DNA of 64,000 bases. Origin: Acidisarcina sp. Lineage in GTDB: Bacteria; Acidobacteriota; Terriglobia; Terriglobales; Acidobacteriaceae. Under the pieces are notes generated by a model. The model made no database searches. It was not told where the DNA came from and saw only the letters and a list, made by a program, of their open reading frames with translations. This document shows, one piece after another, positions 57,834 to 64,000 of the stretch. Position numbers and translations under genes: made by a program. The stretch's first letter is position 1; every line of letters begins with the position of its first letter. Location: the NCBI GenBank assembly GCA_036401395.1, contig DASWUZ010000123.1:3597-67596 (forward strand), read 5' to 3'.

Positions 57834-58433
57834 ATGAAAAAGATTGTGCTTTTGTTGTTTGTGCTGTCGATGATGACAGCTGCCAGTTTTGCCCAGGAAA
57901 GCAGACAGGATGTAAGCGTAAGCGGATCGGCCTTTTTCAGCCCGACCAAGATAGGCAACGCCATCAACCAGAGCTCGACGACCGGCTACGGCGGCCTCGC
58001 CAGCTACCGGTTCATGCTTACCCCCCACAGCGCCCTTGAGGCCAACTATCAGTACCTGCAAAAGCGCGACCACTATGTCAGCAGCTTCAACGACTTTTTC
58101 GTCCATGAGCGCGTCCAGGAATACTCGGCAGGCTACGTCTACAACTTCAGTTACAAGAACTTCAACCCCTTTCTCGAGGGCGGCGGCGGCGGCTATTTCT
58201 TCCGGCCGATCCTCGACAGCGGTACGACCACCCTCAGCAGCAAGGGCGTAACCGACATCGGAGCGTACTATGGCGGCGGGATCGCGTACGAGATCAGCCC
58301 CAGCTTCGACATTCGCGCCGAATATCGCGGCATTCTCGTCAAGACTCCCAACCTGACTGGCGTAAGCGCTTTTTCCGTTAATCGCTTCTACAACATCTCA
58401 AACCCCGTGATAGGCGTCGCTTACCACTTCTAA
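57834..58433 (+). CDS. Small outer-membrane beta-barrel protein
   Basis: ORF 199 aa. Signal peptide MKKIVLLLFVLSMMTAASFAQ. Alternating amphipathic strands. C-terminal VIGVAYHF with a terminal Phe. Confidence 0.7.
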   Translation: MKKIVLLLFVLSMMTAASFAQESRQDVSVSGSAFFSPTKIGNAINQSSTTGYGGLASYRFMLTPHSALEANYQYLQKRDHYVSSFNDFFVHERVQEYSAGYVYNFSYKNFNPFLEGGGGGYFFRPILDSGTTTLSSKGVTDIGAYYGGGIAYEISPSFDIRAEYRGILVKTPNLTGVSAFSVNRFYNISNPVIGVAYHF

Positions 58434-58445
58434 GCCAGGCTCTCG

Positions 58446-58481
58446 CTTAAATAGGCTCCGGACTTGCGGAACCTATTTAAG
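58446..58481. terminator. Hairpin between convergent genes (possible bidirectional terminator)
   Basis: Perfect 10-bp inverted repeat CTTAAATAGG (58446-58455) / CCTATTTAAG (58472-58481), with an inner TCCG/CGGA pair. The right arm overlaps the PIN stop codon. AT-rich stem, so modest stability. Confidence 0.35.
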
Positions 58482-59023
58482 TATTCTTTCCCGCATAAGA
58501 GCCGCGAACCGGGGCCCTGTCTTGTCGTGAATCTCCAGGAGCCTCGTGAGTCCCCCGTGACGCTCCGATTGTTGGACAAGCTTCTCCGTTACAGTCTCTC
58601 GATCCAGATGATACTGGTGGATCAGGAAGTCGTCAGGGCTATGTGCCTCGACGTCCCATGGCCTCAAAGCCTCTACCGGAAAGTGCCTCAGATTTAGCGT
58701 GATGATAGAGTCGGCGCCACAATGAATGGCTGCGGCAACGACATGCCGGTCTTTCGGATGGTTCGTCATTGCCGGTATGAGGGACTCGTACCCTTCAACC
58801 CATGCCTCGGCGAAGTGGTCTCCAACTCCGCAGCTAAGTAGGCAGTCTGCTCAGACGTAAGTCCAAGCCTTGTCTCCAACGTGCGGGTGGTTTCGAGCAT
58901 GATCTCATGAGACCAGCGGGGCAAATACAGATGAGGCGGCTCCGCGAGCCGCAGCAGTGTGTCCCGAAGCGCCGCGTTTACCAACACACAGGCATCGAGC
59001 ACTACGTGATCACCGCGGCTCAT
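58473..59023 (-). pseudogene. PIN-domain toxin split by a 1-nt frameshift (track ORFs 58766..59023 and 58473..58769)
   Basis: The upstream ORF has the PIN N-terminus (VVLDACVLVNA). The downstream ORF has NHPKDRHVVAAAIHCGADSIITLNLRHF. The second frame is open upstream and reads GDHFAEAWVEGYESLIPAMTNHPKD, so the two halves join if one base is added near 58818-58826 (TTGGAGAC on the coding strand). Confidence 0.75.
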
Positions 59024-59505
59024 TCCTGCGGCAGCAAAACCTTGTCGTATACACCCGCCCGTTCTGATTCGTGCGCCATGCGATTGAGCGCCTCGTGCCG
59101 CTCTCGGTCCCGATATTGCTTATACGTCATCAGGTCCTTCAAATAAACTCGACGATGGCTTCCAGTAAGGTGGTAAGGAAGTTTTTTCGACTCGAGTAAC
59201 TTCACGAAGTAGGGACGCGACACACCCAGAACACCAGCAGCCTGCTGCGTGGTTAGCTCCTCTACCACTGGCAGGATCGAGATCGCCTTTCCTTCCTGGA
59301 TCCCCTTAAGAATTTTAAGCAGTAAATCGTGAACTACCTCAGGGACTTCCACAGGGGCCAGCTCACCCTCTCCCGTCACGATGACTTTGTCCTCCAGCCG
59401 CAGTAGTTCATACAGCGCAGTGATCCGTGCATCCTCCGACACGGGCTTATCGAAAGGAGCGCGAGCGGTTGAGGTAATCATGGCCCTCCTATTCGTACAA
59501 TCCAT
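59020..59505 (-). CDS. Helix-turn-helix (excisionase/MerR-like) antitoxin partner of the PIN gene
   Basis: ORF 161 aa, whose stop overlaps the PIN start. LTTQQAAGVLGVSRPYFVKLLESKKLPYHLTGSHRRVYLKDL. Confidence 0.7.
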   Translation of the reverse strand: MDCTNRRAMITSTARAPFDKPVSEDARITALYELLRLEDKVIVTGEGELAPVEVPEVVHDLLLKILKGIQEGKAISILPVVEELTTQQAAGVLGVSRPYFVKLLESKKLPYHLTGSHRRVYLKDLMTYKQYRDRERHEALNRMAHESERAGVYDKVLLPQE

Positions 59506-59585
59506 TATACGAAATAACCGAAATATGAGAAATATTCGAAGCGCTGGAGATGATTACAAGCATCTGGCCTAAGCCCAGCCTGAAC

Positions 59586-60767
59586 CTATTTGGAACCCAA
59601 CGCCTGGTCCAAATCCCCGATCAGGTCGTCAGCGTCCTCGATCCCCACGGAAATGCGCACCATCCCATCCGTAATCCCGAGCTCGGCCCGCGCCTCAGCG
59701 CCGATAGCAGCATGGGTCATTGTCGCCGGATGCGAGACCAGTGTCTCGACCCCGCCCAGCGACTCACCCAACGTGCAGAGTTTTAGCGCCTTCACGAAGG
59801 CGTTCGCGGCAGCGAACGATCCAAGCTCGATACTCAGCATCGACCCAAACCCTGTCTGCTGCCGCTTCGCCAGCTCATGCTGAGGATGGCCCGCCAACCC
59901 CGGATAGAAGACCTTCTGTACCCTTTTGTCCCCATCAAGGAACGCAGCCACCGCCCGCCCATTTTCATCATGCTGTCGCATCCGTACGGCAAGAGTCTTC
60001 ACCCCGCGCTGAATCATCCAGCATTCAAATGGCGAAAGAATCGCGCCAGTCGCCTTCTCGACGAAATCAAACTGCTCTTTATGCTCGGGCCTGGTCACCA
60101 CCAGCACCCCGCCGATCCCATCGCTGTGCCCATTCAAGAATTTGGTGGTCGAGTGCATGACGATATCCGCGCCCAGTTCAATCGGCCGCTGAAAATATGG
60201 CGACAGAAAAGTGTTATCGACGCTCAATTCGACTCCGCTCGCACGGCAGACATCAGCAACCGCGCGGATATCGGTCAGCGTCATCAGCGGGTTCGTCGGG
60301 CTCTCAATATGCACCAGCCGCGTATTCGGCTTGATCGCCCGGCGCACATTCTCCGCGTCCGCCGTATCGACGTAAGTAAAACTGATTCCATAATTCGCTA
60401 TGATCTGGTTGAATAGCCGCGGCACGCCACCATAGACATTTGCCCCGCAGATCACGTGGTCGCCGCTCTTGAAGAGCGTGACCAGCGCCATGATCGCCGC
60501 CATTCCACTACCAAACACATGCGCGCTCGTCCCGCCCTCGAGCGAAGCAAGCGTTTCTTCCAGCGCCGTCCGCGTTGGGTTACCCGCCCGCGAGTAGTCG
60601 TACCCCTTGTCCTTTCCGATCGCCTCCTGAGCATAAGTAGACGTCAGATAAATCGGCAGGTTCACCGCGCCGTAGACCGCGTCCGGCGGCTGCCCATCAT
60701 GGATGGCGCGCGTTGCAAACCCATGCTGCTTCACGTTCTCTTCCTCGTTCTCGTGCCGGCCCATCAA
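59586..60767 (-). CDS. Cys/Met-metabolism PLP enzyme (cystathionine gamma-lyase/gamma-synthase family)
   Basis: ORF 393 aa. MHSTTKFLNGHSD (PLP lysine), SLGGVETL, and an N-terminal FATRAIH motif. Confidence 0.88.
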   Translation of the reverse strand: MMGRHENEEENVKQHGFATRAIHDGQPPDAVYGAVNLPIYLTSTYAQEAIGKDKGYDYSRAGNPTRTALEETLASLEGGTSAHVFGSGMAAIMALVTLFKSGDHVICGANVYGGVPRLFNQIIANYGISFTYVDTADAENVRRAIKPNTRLVHIESPTNPLMTLTDIRAVADVCRASGVELSVDNTFLSPYFQRPIELGADIVMHSTTKFLNGHSDGIGGVLVVTRPEHKEQFDFVEKATGAILSPFECWMIQRGVKTLAVRMRQHDENGRAVAAFLDGDKRVQKVFYPGLAGHPQHELAKRQQTGFGSMLSIELGSFAAANAFVKALKLCTLGESLGGVETLVSHPATMTHAAIGAEARAELGITDGMVRISVGIEDADDLIGDLDQALGSK

Positions 60768-61747
60768 ACCCCACCTTCAAAAATTTTCTTGGACAAGTAG
60801 CGCTCCGCGGAGTCAGGCACGATGGTCGCTATCCGCTTTCCCGGCCCCAGGCGCCGTGCCACCTCGAGCGCCGCGTGAACGATCGCGCCCGCGCTCGATC
60901 CGCCCAGCAACCCTTCTTCCGCAGCCAGGCGCTTCACCATCGTGAACGCCTCATCATCGGTCACCTTCACAATGTCATCGGCAACCTCGCGATGAAAAGT
61001 CTGAGGCACAAACGAGACCCCGATCCCTTCGACCTTGTGATGGCCGACTTCACCACCTTCGAGCACTGATCCCTGGGTCTCGACCGCCACTGTCAAAATT
61101 TTCGGGTCCTGTTCTTTCAAAAAGCGCGCGATGCCAGAGAACGTCCCGCCCGTACCCACGCCCGACACAAACGCATCTACCCGCTCGTCCATCTGCTCCC
61201 AAAGCTCACGCGCTGTAGTGTCGTAGTGATACAGCGGATTCGCCTGGTTCTCAAACTGCAGCGCCGTGAATGCGCCCGGTATTTCCGCCGCGGCCGCAAG
61301 GGCCCGGTTAATCGCGCCGGTCATCCCCTCGGCCTCGGGGGTGCGTACGACAGTGGCACCAAAGGCCCGCATCAGGATGCATTTCTCCTCAGCAAAGCCC
61401 TCCGGCACAAACAGGCTCACGCGATAGCCGCGATTGACTCCGACAAGTGCAAGTCCGACTCCGGTATTCCCCGCCGTCGCCTCGAAGATGGTCGATCCCG
61501 GACGCAGCAGTCCACGCCGCTCCGCATCGAGGATCATCCCCAGCGCAGCGCGGTCTTTCACACTTCCACCGGGGTTCAGAAACTCAAGCTTCGCGTAGAC
61601 GGCAGCCATAGACGAATCGGCCACCCGCCGGAGGTGAAGCATGGGCGTACCGCCCACGAGCTCGATGATGTTCTCCGCGACCCGCACCGTTGAATTACGC
61701 GGCTTAGTCTCGGTCAGATATCCGGAATCCGAGCAATTTGAGTTCAC
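60764..61747 (-). CDS. PLP-dependent cysteine synthase / cystathionine beta-synthase-family protein
   Basis: ORF 327 aa. NPGGSVKDRAALGMI (PLP lysine), TAGNTG, GVGTGGTFSG. Overlaps both neighbours by 4 nt. Confidence 0.88.
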   Translation of the reverse strand: MNSNCSDSGYLTETKPRNSTVRVAENIIELVGGTPMLHLRRVADSSMAAVYAKLEFLNPGGSVKDRAALGMILDAERRGLLRPGSTIFEATAGNTGVGLALVGVNRGYRVSLFVPEGFAEEKCILMRAFGATVVRTPEAEGMTGAINRALAAAAEIPGAFTALQFENQANPLYHYDTTARELWEQMDERVDAFVSGVGTGGTFSGIARFLKEQDPKILTVAVETQGSVLEGGEVGHHKVEGIGVSFVPQTFHREVADDIVKVTDDEAFTMVKRLAAEEGLLGGSSAGAIVHAALEVARRLGPGKRIATIVPDSAERYLSKKIFEGGV

Positions 61748-62862
61748 TTCGGAGGGGCCGCTTCCAGCTGCTCAAGCTTGGCGATTGACTTCTTCAATTC
61801 TTCGGTATGCTTTTCGTTGGCCGAATACTTGATGCAGTTCTGCAAATGCTCAATTGCACTCGCATACTCGCGCTTCCGCGCCAAAACTGCGGCCAGCAAT
61901 TGCTCCGCATTTGGCAGCGTGTGCTGCGGATCCATCTCCACCGCTTTTCCGGCGCTGGCCTTAGCAGCATCAACGTTGCCGAGCTCAAAATTAGCCAAGG
62001 CATCGTAGTACCAGGTCTGCGGCGTACCCGTCGGATCCAGGTCCAACGCCTTGCCGGTGTACTCTGCAACGTCCTTCCACTTGCCGTCGTGCACTGACAG
62101 TGCGGCGAGCTGCTCATACGGCAGCAGGAATACCGGATCGGCAGCAATCGATTTCGCGTAGGACTTCCGCGCTTCCTCAGGCCGCGTGGCTTGCTGCAGT
62201 CTGCCGAGCTGGTACCATGCGTCAGCAAAACCGGGATATACCTCTACCGCCTCGGTAAGCGCGCGTTCAGCGCTGTCTGGGTTCTTGTCCACTACGTCGC
62301 CGCGGGCCTTCACGTAGGCCTTCAGTGCTTTGGGCGGGGCGGCTCCCGTAGTACGGCTGACGGCTGTTCCCTTCAGGCTTTCGTCGCGGGTGAGCTCCAA
62401 CACCCCGAGATCGGGGTCGTCGCGCAGGTTTCGATGGGAGATAACAATGGTGTTGGAATGAAACCCTGCCAGCGACGCCCGTACCTGGCAGCCCTCGAGA
62501 TGGGTTTCCATTTGCCGCTTCGCATCCTGCTGCAAACTGAGCGATCCTGCGATATTGACAGCAGTAATCACAAAACCGCCCTTCGGATCAGTGTAGGTCG
62601 CGAACACCGGCTTCGCCTCGCAGATTACAAATACAAAAACCGGGTCCCACGGAGTCGGGTCGTCCGCTACCACTACCCTGCCGAGCAAAAACCCGCCTGC
62701 CCGGCCCTGGCCATCCATGTGCGTCCAATAGCCCGTCATTCCATCTGCCTGGATCGAATCTGGCCGGTTAATTACCGGCCCGGAAGCTGTCTGCGCACAT
62801 ATAGAAACACTAAGAATAAGAACAGGCAAAACTACCAAAGAAAGCGGCCATTTCATTTTCAT
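61744..62862 (-). CDS. Secreted protein with a carboxypeptidase-regulatory-like N-domain and C-terminal TPR repeats
   Basis: ORF 372 aa. Signal peptide MKMKWPLSLVVLPVLILSVSICAQ. LLGRVVVADD...GGFVITAV beta-sandwich-like segment. Then 4-5 TPR units. Confidence 0.7.
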   Translation of the reverse strand: MKMKWPLSLVVLPVLILSVSICAQTASGPVINRPDSIQADGMTGYWTHMDGQGRAGGFLLGRVVVADDPTPWDPVFVFVICEAKPVFATYTDPKGGFVITAVNIAGSLSLQQDAKRQMETHLEGCQVRASLAGFHSNTIVISHRNLRDDPDLGVLELTRDESLKGTAVSRTTGAAPPKALKAYVKARGDVVDKNPDSAERALTEAVEVYPGFADAWYQLGRLQQATRPEEARKSYAKSIAADPVFLLPYEQLAALSVHDGKWKDVAEYTGKALDLDPTGTPQTWYYDALANFELGNVDAAKASAGKAVEMDPQHTLPNAEQLLAAVLARKREYASAIEHLQNCIKYSANEKHTEELKKSIAKLEQLEAAPPK

Positions 62863-63025
62863 AGCAAACCTCGCCTACACCATTATCCACCAATCCAAAC
62901 ATTCGCTAGAGGCCGCTGCTAAACCCGCTGCGACAAGCTTTGACCCCGTTCCATACCATCACAACACTCCGCCGCGTGGCCTTGTGACGGTCCAAAAGGG
63001 CCCTTAGCCCACCGAGAATATTGCT

Positions 63026-64000
63026 ATGCTGAATGAGATGCACACCTGTTCCCTTGTCGTCAGGCGGAAACCGCCGATGCCCCTGCAAATGATGGCCGCG
63101 GCAGCACTCTGCATGACTCTCCCCGGCTACTCTCAGACCAACTCAGCCTCCGCAGATCAGCTCCTGAACCAGGCCATCGATGCGCAGCAGCGTGGCGACT
63201 ATCCAGTCGCCATTCGCGACTACCGCACAGTTCTCGAGCTCCGTTCAAAGGACGTGGAAGCCAGGGTGAATCTGGGCGCGGCACTAGTCCACACAGGCCA
63301 TTTCGATGAAGGCATCGCTGAATACAAGACCGCCCTCCCATCGGTCGCCATTAAAGATCCCGTGCTGCTCGACCTGGGCCTCGCCTACTACAAAAAAGGC
63401 GACATGAAGAATGCCCTGGAGCAGTTCGATATACTGCATCGGTCCCAGCCGGGCAACGTACGTGTGACCATCCTGCTCGCCTACACCGAAATCAATACGG
63501 CACATGCCGATGCGGCCGTTGCACTTCTGTCCCCTCTCGAGTCAGCGAATTCCGCCAATCTCGAATTTGAATACGTCCTCGGATCGGCCCTGATTAAAGA
63601 CGGCGCACGCACAGAAGGAGTGACCCGGTTGGAGAAAGTCGCCGAGGCCAGCCACAACGCCGACGCATATCGTCTCGCGGGCTCCACCCTGCTCGACATG
63701 AACGACGACTATGAGCGCGCGCGCCATGACCTGGACGCCGCTCTCGCGATCGACCCAAAGCAGCCGGGTCTCTATACTCTCGCGGGCAATGCCCGAGTAA
63801 AGTCAGGCGACCTGGCAGGCGCCGAGGAGGCCTTTCGTACCGCCCTGAAGTTAAATCCCGATGACGTCGACGCTAACCTTTACCTGGGCGCTATCCTCTA
63901 CAAGCGACGGGACACAGACGAAGCGCGTGGCTACCTCGAACGGGCGCTGCGTCTCAATCCGAAATCCTCAATGGCCGTCTATGAAATGGCCATGCTAAAA
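63026..64000 (+). CDS. TPR repeat protein, C-terminus beyond the window
   Basis: Not in the track because there is no stop before the window end. In-frame TAG at 63005-63007, first ATG at 63026 (alternatives 63038 and 63077). Signal-like PMPLQMMAAAALCMTLPGYSQ, then TPR units (e.g. ARVNLGAALVHTGHFDEGIAEYKTAL). The frame is open to 64000. Confidence 0.7.
   Translation, partial: MLNEMHTCSLVVRRKPPMPLQMMAAAALCMTLPGYSQTNSASADQLLNQAIDAQQRGDYPVAIRDYRTVLELRSKDVEARVNLGAALVHTGHFDEGIAEYKTALPSVAIKDPVLLDLGLAYYKKGDMKNALEQFDILHRSQPGNVRVTILLAYTEINTAHADAAVALLSPLESANSANLEFEYVLGSALIKDGARTEGVTRLEKVAEASHNADAYRLAGSTLLDMNDDYERARHDLDAALAIDPKQPGLYTLAGNARVKSGDLAGAEEAFRTALKLNPDDVDANLYLGAILYKRRDTDEARGYLERALRLNPKSSMAVYEMAMLK

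Noticed and set aside
1-64000. CRISPR arrays, rRNA genes, intact tRNA genes, intact IS elements or integrases
   Set aside because: No short regularly spaced direct repeats, no rRNA-like segments, no complete tRNA cloverleaf and no intact transposase or integrase ORF were seen on a visual pass. This was not an exhaustive computation.

Overview
High-GC (about 58-60% by eye) bacterial chromosome segment. Gene content (many TPR proteins, CRTAC1/ASPIC-UnbV proteins, carboxypeptidase-regulatory-like domains) suggests Acidobacteriota, but that is inference only. All calls rest on motif recognition; no searches were run.

Layout:
- 1-4387: end of an RND/TolC efflux operon.
- 4.4-11.7 kb: a visibly more AT-rich accessory island. 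It holds three 5'-truncated rhs (YD-repeat) core-plus-tip fragments, each followed by a small partner ORF. Between them sit a twice-repeated ribbon-helix-helix (MobC/CopG-like) module and a short conserved junction motif. The island ends at the 3' half of a tRNA-Pro(CGG) and a frameshifted REP-associated tyrosine transposase remnant.
- 11.8-18.7 kb: a TPR/CRTAC1/CRTAC1 operon plus a divergent TPR gene.
- 19.1-21.5 kb: a membrane-anchored GGDEF-EAL protein.
- 21.5-25.3 kb: a TetR regulator with a DevCAB-like tripartite ABC exporter.
- 25.4-35.4 kb: housekeeping genes (GlcNAc kinase-like, nagA, nfo, mce, tsaB, rimI, psd, pssA, an Asd-like protein, dgt).
- 39.2-51.2 kb: a complete Tad/Flp pilus locus with divergent tadE/tadE/tadG-like genes. 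Downstream lies an accessory set: an unannotated 31-aa membrane peptide, DUF192 and a GT-C-like membrane protein.
- 51.3-57.3 kb: a Pao-like periplasmic molybdo-flavo-FeS oxidoreductase with XdhC and MocA-like maturation genes.
- 57.3-59.6 kb: an outer-membrane barrel gene and a frameshifted PIN/HTH toxin-antitoxin pair.
- 59.6-64.0 kb: a cysteine synthase-like / cystathionine gamma-lyase-like pair co-oriented with a secreted TPR protein, then a partial TPR gene.

The most unusual region is the stand-alone rhs tip/partner array. All three tips have C-terminal tails that read better in a shifted frame, and one shifted frame hides an HExxH zincin motif. The array's mobile-element-like junctions are also unexplained.
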